NCBI GenBank assembly: GCA_951406725.2
Contig: OX597838.1
Coordinates: 25,110,001 to 25,174,000, forward strand
DNA length: 64,000 bases
Direction of reading: 5' to 3'
Origin: Octopus vulgaris
Taxonomy: Eukaryota
In this document: piece after piece, positions 28,808 through 40,530 of the stretch
How positions within the stretch are numbered: position 1 is the first letter of the stretch
Layout: the number at the start of each line of letters is the position of its first letter
Position numbers and translations under genes: made by a program
The notes under the pieces: generated by a model
What the model saw: the letters and a program-made list of their open reading frames with translations, nothing else
What the model was told of the DNA's origin: nothing
Databases searched by the model: none

Positions 28808-29070
28808 TTTATTTTAAGCAGCAGAAAATTCAACAAAACCTGTTACTCTGAGTTTCACGTTCCCGTTCGTCGGACAGTTTTTGCTAGAATATTCTAGCAA
28901 AACTGTCCGACGAATATTCTAGCAAAAACTGTCCGACGAACGGGAACGTGAAACTCCGAGTAACAGGTTTTGTTGAATTTTCTGCTGCTTTAAATAAAGC
29001 ATATTACTCTACCACTGGTATTTGAGTACTTTTTTTCCACCTTGTTTCACATTTATGTGTTTACTCCGGT
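28807..29070. mobile_element. Palindromic ~265-bp element with hammerhead-like motifs on both strands (Penelope-like pLTR derivative), copy 1
   Basis: Internal inverted repeat around ttgctagaatattctagcaa. Motif aaaactgt-CCGACGA-acgGGAAcgt-GAAA-ctc(a/c)gag-TA-acaggtttt at 28924-28971(+) and 28835-28882(-). Flanked by (TA)n. Confidence 0.7.
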
Positions 29071-29075
29071 ATATA

Positions 29076-29139
<64 letters not shown>

Positions 29140-29334
29140 TATATACTGAAAGAAATATATGGATACATTTATACTCATGAACACAAAAATATGGGCAGAT
29201 GGCAGATGTGTGCGAAAACAACTGTACGGGGTACATGTAGTAAACAATATGGAATTCAATATAGCGAGAAAGCAGCATATAAAGAACTTTATATTATTGA
29301 AATACACCGGGTGTGTGTGTGCGTGTGTGCGCGA

Positions 29335-29700
29335 GCTTGTTTACCAACCACATAATTCTGGGTTCAGTCCCACTGCGTGACACCTTGGACAAGTGTCTTC
29401 TACTATAGCCTCGGGCCGACCAAAGCCTTGTGAGTGGATTTGGTAGACGGAAACTGAAAGAAGCCCGTCGTGTATATGTATGTATGTGTGTGTTTGTGTG
29501 TCTGTGTTTGTCCCCCTAGCATTGCTTGACAACCGATGCTGGTGTGTTTATGTCCCCGTCACCTAGCGGTTCGGCAAAACAGACCGATAGAATAAGTACT
29601 GGGCTTACAAAGAATAAGTCCCGAGGTCGAGTTGCTCGATTAAAGGCGGTGCTCCAGCATGGCCGCAGTCAAATGACCGAAACAAGTAAAAGAGTAAAGA
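29335..29700 (+). mobile_element. SINE family A copy (5'-truncated) between the two palindromic HHR elements
   Basis: Match to 2774-3200 with CpGs retained. Confidence 0.85.
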
Positions 29701-29961
29701 GTATATGAAGTAAGGAAGAAATTATAAGGGGTGCATGTATAATACAAGCTACACAAAAAATATGCGGATGCATACTCGGCGATTTACTTGAAGGTTAGTT
29801 TATTTAGGGGGTATAGAGGAGTTAAATATGGAAAGGTGGGGGGGAAAGTCATTGAGCAAACATCTATGTGTGTGTGTGGGTGGGTGTGGGTGTGTGTGTG
29901 CGGCAATTTAAAGTGCGTGTGTAGTTAAATTACTTATATATATGTATATATATATATATAT

Positions 29962-30226
29962 ACCGGAGTAAACACATAAATGTGAAACAAGGTGGAAAAA
30001 AGAGTACTCAAATACCAGTGGTAGAGTAATACGCTTTATTTAAAGTAGCAGAAAATTCTACAAAACCTGTTACTCTGAGTTTCCCGTTACCGTTCATCGG
30101 ACAGTTTTTGCTAGAATATTCGTCGGACAGTTTTGCTAGAATATTCTAGCAAAAACTGTCCGACGAACGGGAACGTGAAACTCAGAGTAACAGGTTTTGT
30201 AGAATTTTCTGCTGCTTTAAATAAAG
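29962..30226. mobile_element. Palindromic hammerhead-bearing element, copy 2 (inverted relative to copy 1)
   Basis: Near-identical reverse complement of 28807-29070; motifs at 30062-30109(-) and 30151-30198(+); flanked by (TA)n. Confidence 0.7.
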
Positions 30227-30234
30227 TATATATG

Positions 30235-30314
<80 letters not shown>

Positions 30315-30449
30315 TATACACACACACACACACACACATACACACACAAATGAACCTGTGTGTGTGTTTATTGTAGGTTAAATAAATGTTTATTGTTAAT
30401 ACATAAACGTGTGAGTATATGAGAATAAAAGAGAGACAGGGAGTGAATA

Positions 30450-30480
<31 letters not shown>

Positions 30481-30531
30481 ATTGTGTATATGTAGTCAGG
30501 GAGAAGGGAATACAAAATGTGATTAAACTAC

Positions 30532-30640
30532 CTGAAACAAGTCTGGTGCCAGACTGCATCGAGTGCATGTTCAATAACAGTTGACGTATTGTCCACGGCA
30601 ATGGCAAGTGTACATCCAGGGCAAAGGGGCAGTTCCCCAG
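30532..30640 (-). CDS. LIMK: Internal exon encoding the N-terminal half of a LIM domain, (A)GELPLCPGCTLAIAVDNTSTVIEHALDAVWHQTCF(R); probable LIM kinase
   Basis: Polypyrimidine acceptor ttctctctctttgttttctcgacag and donor TTCAG|gtagtt; 109 nt, phase 1 in and phase 2 out. C-x2-C-x21-H-x2-C fits the LIM pattern and resembles the recalled LIMK1 N-terminus ELPVCASC...ALNADWHADCFR. The LIM call is more certain than the LIMK assignment. Confidence 0.78.
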
Positions 30641-30935
30641 CTGTCGAGAAAACAAAGAGAGAGAAGAATAGAATATTATTATTATAGTACTTTTTTTGTA
30701 CAACATAAACGTAAAGTGTAATCACACGCATACACACACAGGCACGTACGCACACACACACACACACTCATGTGTATAGATAAATAAAGACTGTTTGAAG
30801 TGGTGTACAGATTTTATATATTAGGAAAAAGATGTGATTTGAATGCAAACTATTTAGCGCAATCCCTAAAAGGGGACGAAATCGCAAAATAAATATTTTC
30901 TTTTATCGAAATCCTGACTATCTCCTTTTTTGTTT

Positions 30936-30967
<32 letters not shown>

Positions 30968-31229
30968 TGTATGTATGTATGTATGTATGTATGTATGTAT
31001 GTATGTATGTATGTATGTATGTATGTATGTATGTATGTATGTATGTATGTATGTATGTGTGTGTATGTATGTGTGTGTGTATGTATGTATGTATGTATGT
31101 ATGTATGTACGTATGTATGTATGTATGTATGTATGTATGTATCTATGTATGTATGTATGTATCTATGCATGTATGTGTGTATGTATGTATGTATGTATGT
31201 ATCTATGTGTGTATGTATATGTGTGTGTG

Positions 31230-31513
31230 TGGAGGCGCAATGGACCAGTGGTTAGGGCAGCAGACTCGCGGTCGTAGGATCGTGGTTTCGATTCCCAGAC
31301 CAGGCGTTGTGTATGTTTATTGAGCGAAAACACCTGAAGCTTTACCAGACCCTGCTGTACTCTTTCACCACAACTTTCTCTAACTCTTTCTTCTGTTGGC
31401 CTGCTCGTTTAGCCAGCGGAGTGGCGTCATTTGAAGGCTAAAACAATGCGAAGCGCATTGTGACCAGCGATGTGTAGCAACATCTGATACCCTGGTCGGT
31501 CACGGTAATCACG

Positions 31514-31518
<5 letters not shown>
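31230..31518 (+). mobile_element. tRNA(Arg)-like SINE, family C
   Basis: Head ggcgcaatggaccagtggttagggcagcagactcgcggtc...ggtttcgattccc; related heads on the minus strand at ~58300-58380 and ~59370-59450. Confidence 0.7.
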
Positions 31519-31547
<29 letters not shown>

Positions 31548-31550
<3 letters not shown>

Positions 31551-31930
31551 TTTTATTTGTTTCAGTCATTTGACTGCGGCCATGCTGGAGCACCGCCTTT
31601 AGTCGAACAAATCGACCCCCAGGACTTGTTCTTTGTAAGCCAAGTACTTATTCTATCGGTCTCTTTTGCCGAACCGCTAATTTACGGGAACGTAAACACA
31701 CCAGCATCGGTTGTCAAGCGATGGTAGGGGGACAAACACACATATACATATATATATATAAGAATCTACAACGGGCTTCTTTCAGTTTCCGTCTACCAAA
31801 TCCACTCACAAGGCTTTGGTCGGCCCGAGGCTATAGTGGAAGACATTTGCCCAAGGTGCCACGCAGTGGGATTGAACCCGGAGCCATGTGGTTGGTAAGC
31901 AAGCTACTTACCACACAGCCACTCCTACGC
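31548..31930 (-). mobile_element. SINE family A copy
   Basis: Full-length reverse match, CpG-rich. Confidence 0.88.
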
Positions 31931-32369
31931 CTATAAGCTTTAAAAACTGTTTTTATAGCTTACGGTTAGCAGTAGTGGTTGCTGTGTAAGCGAACAGAAA
32001 TCCAAAATTAGAGAATGGGGTAAATAAAGTCCAGGCAACAAATGTTTCATAACTAGCAGAACCTTGGAAGTAGTAATTACCCAAACAAGAGGCAATGCGC
32101 TAGATACTCATCGGGCCAAAGGTACCCTTATCAAAAAGAAGTTTTAGGCTCTGCTAGTTATGAAATACATGTAGCCTGGAATTTATCGACTCCACTCCCT
32201 AATTTTGCCTTTCGGTTATAAATTGCGAAAATCCACCTTAATTTGTAATTCTCACTTCACCATTTTCAGAATCAGTCAATATTTCCTATGGTGTTCTCTA
32301 TAAGACTGACAAGGTGAGTTAACTTTTTAAACCTCGGCGACAGGGTAATGGGTCACCGAGGAAGATTAA

Positions 32370-32597
32370 TCTATTTCTTTACTACCCACAAGGGGCTAAA
32401 CACAGAGAGGACAAACAAGGACAGACAAACGGATTAAGTCGATTATATCGACCCCAGTGCGTAACTGGTACTTATTTAATCGACCCCGAAAGGATGAAAG
32501 GCAAAGTCGACCTCGGCGGAATTTGAACTCAGAACGTAACGGCAGACGAAATACGGCTACGCATTTCGCCCGGCGTGCTAACGTTTCTGCCAGCTCG
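32370..32597 (-). mobile_element. SINE family B copy, little diverged
   Basis: Reverse match to 45660-45893. Confidence 0.85.
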
Positions 32598-32802
32598 AGA
32601 TTAATCTAATCTGAAATCAGTACTCCATCTCGCTTGCCCAAGGGAGCTTGTCTCCCGTGTCAGTCGTTAGTAAAGTGCTCTCACGTGGCTAAGAGTTGTT
32701 TTGACTCTTATTGCTAGCAATGCTGTTGCTTACTAGCACCCTTCCGTCACTTTAGTGACGGCTATACTTGTTGCCTTTCGGTTGTAAATTGCAACATTCG
32801 CT

Positions 32803-32842
32803 AATTCCTGAAGAGAGGGTCATAACCCTGAAATATTGAATT
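32803..32842 (+). ncRNA. Minimal type I hammerhead ribozyme motif
   Basis: aattc-CTGAAGA-g-agggt cata accct-GAAA-ta-TT-gaatt: perfect 5-bp stem I and 5-bp stem II, vestigial stem III. Confidence 0.65.
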
Positions 32843-35800
32843 CAGGGTGGATCACCATTAATTCATATGCCTGTTTTCCTGTGATCTACCTTGGATTTAT
32901 TTCGCACTGTCCCGGCCTTACCCACAAATTTTATATAATATATATATAAATATATATGGATAATTTAGAAAGACTTTTTCCCCGGGAAAAGGGTATTTCT
33001 CGTAAAGTGTAAAATTTCCCTTCACAAAACATATCACCTTCTATACCAATACATAGAATATAGCAACGCACGCACGCACACACACACACACACATATATA
33101 TGAAATGTCCATTGCTTAATGTCGAACAAATGACAAAAGAGTATTCAATAAGTGTAGAGGATATGGGGGTTTAGCTGTTTGTTTTTTTAATTAAAACTGA
33201 AGGAGAGTTTGTCACGCGACTGGAAATTCACGCCACTGCGATCTTCGGGCATGAAACTAGAGTCGCAAGGCAAACTCCCAGCTTCAGTTTTAATAAAATG
33301 CGCGCGCGCATGTGTACAACGGTATGATCTCGGTAGCCATTAACGCATTGACCTCAAAGGTCTGTGATTGTAACTTGCGAAAATCATAGGACACTGCCGC
33401 TCCCTCTACAACACAAGCTTGTAATAATGGTTTAAACTTTTCGTACAGGGCCAGCAGTTTTTGAAGGGGGGAGTCGATTGCGTCGATTCCAGTACTTAAC
33501 TGCTACTTATTTTATCGACCCTGAAAGGATGAAAGACAAAGTAGACTTCGGCGGAATTTGAACTCAGAACGTTAAGACGGAGAAAATGTCGTTAAGCATT
33601 TTGTTCGCCATGCTAAACAAACTCGTAATAATAAATATTTATGATTTTAAGCATAAGGGTAACAATTCTGTGAAGAACGAGGTCGGACGATTAAATCGAC
33701 TCCAGTACTTCTCTGGTACTTTATTTTATCGACGCTGGAAGGGTGAAGGGCAAAGTTAACCAATGATGGATTTGTATTCAAAACTCAGAAAGAATATCAC
33801 TCAGATACTATGTATGACAATACGTAGTTTTATTTCTGGAATTTTTTTTTCTTTTGTCAATGAGTAAGGAGACGGTTTCTAACCCGGGTCCAAGACTCCT
33901 TCATTTGAATTTCAACATCAACAGGGAAGTTGTGCATGCATGTGTGTATATGCGCAAGTATTTGAAGTCAATGCATATGCATGTACGAACGCACGTACGT
34001 GTGTGTGTGAGGGAGCGAGAGAGAGAGTAAGAAAGAAAGAAAAACATAAGCAAGACCTGACAAAGAGCGGATGAACCCAGTAGAGTTAACGGCTATCCAA
34101 AAGCAGGTAATGACAGACTCCCAGTCTTTGTTTAAACATCTCTCCGGAGGAAAAGAATTCAGAAATAACACCCCAACCACCTCATTTGCAAAGCCGGAGA
34201 TCTTGTTCTTGCTTGTTTTCAGACTACTTGGTTTTTGTTGGTGAGAGTCTTGGCGGTATTGTACAAGCTGTGGCTCTTATTCGGTCATTGAATCATTATG
34301 GAAAATTTGTACATAAATTTGTATAGTGCGTTTTAACCCCAAGTCAATCCAGACTGCTCAGACATATAATCAAAGTCGTTCCAACTGTAACCATCCCATC
34401 TTGTATTCAGACATCGTGTATCTATCTAGAACGGCCTTGCCCAGTGTGACCTTCCTTTCATTTAAAAACAGCAACGTGATTACAGTGCCAAACGACTGCG
34501 TAGAAGTTGCCTTGTTTAAGAGAGAGATGTTATCAATTTCAGTATTACTTAAAACTTCTTAAATTCTAAGACGGAACCTAAACACATCAAACTAATTATT
34601 GTATTCATTGCATTTAGAGACTACACTTCCAGCTACAATTACCACAGGAGGTTAAGAGAACTTGTACATAGTTGCATGACCGGCTAAAGATAGCATCTAA
34701 ACCTCTCAAATAACACACTACTATCTTTAAAATAGAAGGACGCATTGTATATGGTAGTCCTATTGTATGGCTACGCATTGTATAAGTACGTCTTAGAAAT
34801 AGATTTATTTGCTGGATCAGAATTGCCCAGGAACAAAGCAACAAGTTCGGGTATCTTGATTTGTATGAATGGTGTCATGAATAAATAACAGGTATAGATT
34901 TCAGTCAAGGTACCCTAGCATTTTGGGTATCTTTAGCGAAGTCCACTCTCTTGCAAGCATTCAAGCCAGACTCCTTGTTTGAGGATACCTTCTCCCTACC
35001 CACCTGTCTCGGAGGTCCTGTAGTGTATCATAGACACTGCCTTTCCGCCTGATAAAAAAGATTATTTTTAAAATGTATTTAAACCCCGATCCCCACGCTT
35101 TAAGCTTATTTACTTGCGTCATATTGCATTGTATTGAATCATATCAAATCCCGCCAACATCAACTTCACTTTTTAATCTTATGAGGCCGAAAAAAAGAGA
35201 CAGACCAGCAATATACCTACAGCAAAACACGACTACGAGCTTAATCAAGCATTGTTATCATTAACCCTAGCTCTAGGTGTGTCATTAATCACCTGATGAA
35301 CAAAAATTCATAACCACAGTTCAGTTCCTTACTTAGGCTACCATTTCGTTTCACTCTCCTAACGAATGCTTGGATGGTGGAGTAGCAGACAAGGAAACTT
35401 CGTCGTATTTACCCAATTTCTAAGATCTGCCAGCCAAATTTTCTTAAAACCACACCCTACCGTTTTACATGAGGAAGAAAACATTAGTCTTTGATAAGGT
35501 CTGTTCAATTAGGGCTTCCATGATAGAGTAGGCAACAACCTTAAAGTGGGAAAATAGTGTCTCAATCTTAACCATTTACACCAACATGCATTTATCAGAG
35601 TTAAAGGAAATATGAAAACTATAAAGAAAAATATTTTTTTTTAATACGTAGAACCTTCTACATGGCCGTTCATCCTGGAAATAGCAGTCAAATTTTGCTC
35701 AAATAACACTTCCTTGAGAGGTACCTATTTCTTTACTACCCACAAGGGGCTAAACACAGAGGGGACAAGGGGGAATGCAGCCTGCGGGACTTTCTCAATG

Positions 35801-37046
35801 GCACACTTTGAATTTATTCAAACCATGCCTCAGGCGGCCCGCTTCTCGAAAAAGTCGTCCGTGGTGTGGTCTTCGAAACCATTATACTTGAGCAGAAAGA
35901 AAACGGACGACCTTTTGACCGGGAGCCAGCTGGTTCAGAGCCGATTTGTATTTTCAGAGTTGATGTAAAAGTATTCGTGGGTAACTTAAACACTTTGTGG
36001 AAGGAAACGGGCTTCAACTTCCAAATCCTGTTTTGTTTTGTTTCTTTCCTTCAGTTCTTCAATCCACTCGGGATCGATTAAAAAGGCAAAAACGAAGTAT
36101 TTCAAAATATCACTATTTGGTTTTACTTCATTATTACAATAGAAAATTTCATTGAAAAATAAGTTACGAGGAAACAAAGCCAACTGGCATGAGTTTTCCG
36201 AAACTCCACTTCCGGCCCACAGAATTTTTTTTTCACAGAATTTTTTTTTTTTTTTTCAAAACAAATTCCGATATAATTGGAATCTACACCGCCTGGAGCG
36301 TATTTATAGAAAATTTCGGCATAGTTTCGGTTGTAGTAGCACAGATTTCCGTCGATTTCCGTAAAAAACTTTTATTTTTTTACATAAGTAATGAGAAAAT
36401 CGCTTCCTCTTAGTCTCTTTCGCTCTCATTACTTATGTAAAAAAATAAAAGTTTTTTACGGAAATCGACGGAAATCTGATCTACGACATGCGAAACTTCG
36501 CCAAAATTTCATTAAAAAATATCCATTTTTCTGAAAGTTACGAGAAATCAAAGTCGGTGGAGAGGCACATATGTATGAAAGCCTTATAACTGTTTGTGTG
36601 TGTGTGTGCGCGCGCGCGTTCATGTGTCTCCAGCGCTTGACAAAATGTTTTAGTGTGTTTACGTCCCCTTAACTTAGTGGTTCGACAAAAATGACTGACG
36701 GCATAAGTACTACGCTTACAAAATATATTTGCGTCGATTTGACTCCAAGGCCGCAATCTAATGATTAAAACCATAAACCCCTGTAAACTGGTGAGAGGAA
36801 ATCCTCGGGCAGATCTCACCAAAATACTTTCGACAGAGAAGAGACCGCAAAAAATATCCATGAGCTGATAATATCAATGGATTAATGTCTACATCACACT
36901 GCCACCCCAATAGGGTCTGTTGTTCTGACGGACAGTTTCCATCTACCAAATTTCTCTGACAAAGGTTCTATTGATTCGAGGCTATTGGTGAAGACCCTTG
37001 AAAAAAGTGCCACGCAATGGGATTGAACGCGTAGTTGTAAAGCTAG

Positions 37047-37375
37047 GGATCATTTCGGTTTGAACGGCAGTTTTTTCTAGCGGTGTCATATGAAATTGTC
37101 ACCCATAATTATGACCCTAGTATCGATCTATTGCATTTCAATCTGTTTTAGGGTTAGGGTTAGGTTTTTTTTTACCTCGATGGACGTCAGTGATTGGTTG
37201 AAATTGCAGAAATTGAAGAAAAAAACAACAAATATCTTAGAAACTATAGAATTTTCTCAATAAAGCCAAAAGAAAAAGATGTTTTATAACACACATTCTA
37301 CTAGTATACGAAGTTTAACATTTTTTAGTTACCTAGAAATTATGTTAAAAACTGCCGTTCAAACCGAAAAGATCC
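37047..37375. mobile_element. Mutator-like MITE with perfect 9-bp TSD
   Basis: TIRs ggatc(a/t)tttcggtttgaacggcagttttt; TSD taaagctag at 37038-37046 and 37376-37384; internal ttagggttagggttagg. Confidence 0.85.
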
Positions 37376-40300
37376 TAAAGCTAGTTTCTTAAGCACATAA
37401 TTTAAAGCTTTAGTCGATTCAGTCGAGCGAATTACATTCACCTCTCTCGCACACAAACAAAATAATAGAGAACAAATGCCATTGCGCTTGGAAAAAGAAA
37501 TCCTTGTCCCAAAGGTAACAAAAGTGAAACTGCAAGAGACAGCCCGAGTGAATTCGGACTGAGTACTAGGAATCGGTTTCAAATTTCGGTTGAAGCCTAT
37601 ACTATCACTGGCTTTAGCAAAGACATGGACGTAACATTTAATTTTTCTTCTTCCCTAAAGGACCCTATTATAAGGCCGCCATTTCGCGCCTAAACAGTAT
37701 GGATGGAGTCTCTAAGTGGTCGTTCATTATGCTAGAAATAACAATCAAATCTCTCAAATTCCACCTACCGTCTGAAAAAAAAACCCCACATGGAATGATG
37801 TAGTACAAAGCATTCAATACCATAAGAAGAGGTTGGTCGTGGTTGGAATGCTTTTGATTGTAGGCCTGCCCGATCAGAGTTTATCTGGACTAAACAACTA
37901 AAACAACAGAAGTAGCAAATGACTCCAGCCAAAAGCCTCTTCGTGGTTGCCTGTTCTACTAGAAATAGTAGCAAAATGTTACAAAATGACAGCATAGAGT
38001 CTTGAAAAGGAAAGGTCACTTTGAATAATGTGGCCCTAAGAATTATTGCTCTGAAAAAAGAAACAAGATGGACATGGACGGATTTAGTGGAGTTGGCGCT
38101 CATCTATATGTTTAAATGGAAATATTTAAATATTTCTTCCGATAAATCAACATTTTCAACACTCTTTAATATAATTAATAAATGATATTTACTTTTCAAT
38201 CATTTTCAATCATTTAAAATAGTAAACGGTCCTTCTACGACGAAGCTTTAACTAAAAGAGCTTCCACATGGTCTTTGGTCATGCTAGGCATAGTAGCTAG
38301 ATCTCCCTCAAATCGCACCCTATTCTAGAATAAAAACTGAAAAGATTAACAACGTTGTCGGAGGTATATATTATATCTTCAAATAAAATTACTACTGTTG
38401 TCATGGTTGGACTGTCTTTAATCAAAGGTGTGCTTGATTTCGACCGACCTGGGGCTAAACATCAACAACAAACAAAGCGCCAGTTCCTTTTTTTCAGGAA
38501 TACAAACAAATCCTCTTTGTATTTTGTTTTGCGCACAAATATAAACAAAGACATATAATTATAATTTGGAGCGGGGTTTAATGTTTTGTTTTGTCTTTAT
38601 TTCCTATTTCGTATGTGTGGGGATCATTTTTAAGTGTGTATATTTATATAAACATACATACATACATGCATACATACATACACATGCATACATACATACA
38701 CACATACATACATACACACACATGCATACATACATACATACATACATACATAGATTTGTGTGCATATATATTTATGTATATATACACAGTCACAAATCTA
38801 TGTATGAATAAATTTATACACACACACACACTAAAAGGCATATTCGGCTAGTAAAGTTCTCTAGAACAATGCGGTGGCTGAAAAAAAGGTGTGATGGTCA
38901 CGGCCGGAATGCTTCTGAAACAAAAGCACATTCAGAGCTCAATTATATATAGTTAAACAACAACAACAACGGGGTTGATAACCTGTATACTACAGCAGGG
39001 GAAGGGGTAAATGGTAGCCCGGGATAGATTTAATAAATAGATTTAATAAATATCAGCCTTTTCCTCTGCAAATTTGTGGACTTGTGCCAATATAACAAGT
39101 TTAATCTAATAATGAAGAGATTTTTCCATAGCGAAAAATTGAGTGCGCAAAAATGCTCCACTTTTGTATAATTTTTAATTTCTTTTTCTATTTCACTTTT
39201 GCTTTCCTTTTTCTTTTTTCTTTTTTTAAGGTTTTCTTATCAAAATTTAAGGTCTACTATATTATGATTTGCCCGTAACGTCAACATGTTGTTTAGCCCC
39301 AGGCCAGGCTTAATGGAGCCAACTTACAAATCAAATACGATCCAGCTAAGATTGCCCTGTGTTTTCTTTCCACCATCACCCCTTTTTTTTTTCTTAGTGA
39401 TATTTAAACATTAGACATAATTTGAATTATTTCTTGCTTTTCTCAGAACGACAGGACGTGATTTGAGAAAGAGAGAGAGAGAGAGATGTAACTGTTATTT
39501 CTAGCAGATCGTGTGAACCATGTAGAGGCGTTCTCGTTGGCTCATATGTCGACATATTACTGTTTGTGTTGACTCCTTTTTCTTCTCATTTTCAGCCCTT
39601 TTATAATTTTTATGATTCAAATTCGAACTTAATATCGACAAAATTCAGTGATAAACTCAAATGAAATTAAAAACAACAACAACAATATTAATAATAATAA
39701 TAATAACGTCTATGATAATAATAATAATAAACTTATTGTATTTCAATGGACAGTCCCGTACCAGCCGAATGGCGCTGATTTTATACCAGAAAAATGCCGA
39801 TTTATTTATTTAACTGTAGCGGGTAATACTAACCACTTAATATTGGAGCCAATGAGGGAGACCCTACATAGTCGCGCGAATTATTAGAAATAGCAGCCAG
39901 GTCTCTTTCAAACGACACCCTGTAACCAGTGCCTTCTTCAGGCAGGGGCGCACAGAGTAGTTGCCCTAGACGAGAACGATCCCATATGATCCAGTATTAA
40001 TTTATGTTTTGCTGTGACTCACTGTTAATAAATATACAATATAGGATCGTATCCATTTGTTTGGCTCGGGGCCCATAAAGTTAAGCCGGCACCGCTCGCT
40101 ATCGCCACCCTTCTTAAAACAAAACACACACACACGCGCGCGCGCGCAAACAAACAAACATTGGCTAAGTTATTATCCTGGATCTACCTGCCCATGAAAG
40201 GAAAAAGACTGGTTGGTCACAGCTGGAATGCCTTTGATCACAGGTCTGCTCGATCTGGGCTCAACTGAGATAGTGGGATCTAAACAGCAAGAAATCATTT

Positions 40301-40499
40301 AGCCGTATTTGACAGGTACAGAAGTTTATCGACACCCCGCCCATTCAGGGAAAAAAATGAAAAATCAACGTGGGACCCCGGTGAGCAATAGAACTACAAA
40401 ACAGAAAAAAACAATAGCGTTAACAATAATATTAATAATAACAATGTTGATGTTAATTATAATAAGGATAATCCCATCAAAAGTGGGTAACTTTCTCAC

Positions 40500-40530
40500 C
40501 TTGGGATGTCGGAACACCAGCCAAAGACAT
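40500..40530 (-). CDS. Candidate first coding exon of a LIM-domain (LIM kinase-like) gene: MSLAGVPTSQ+G
   Basis: Minus strand reads ATG TCT TTG GCT GGT GTT CCG ACA TCC CAA G|gtgaga. The phase-1 donor matches the phase-1 acceptor of the exon at 30532-30640. It lies at the upstream edge of a CpG-retaining region. Confidence 0.6.

Noticed and set aside
31230-31310. tRNA gene
   Set aside because: The tRNA-like head continues into a SINE body and recurs elsewhere; the cloverleaf is imperfect.
35714-36081. CpG-rich short ORFs as possible exons
   Set aside because: They begin in a SINE tail and include a hAT-like terminal motif (cggcccgcttctcgaaaaa, similar at ~28100); no recognisable protein.
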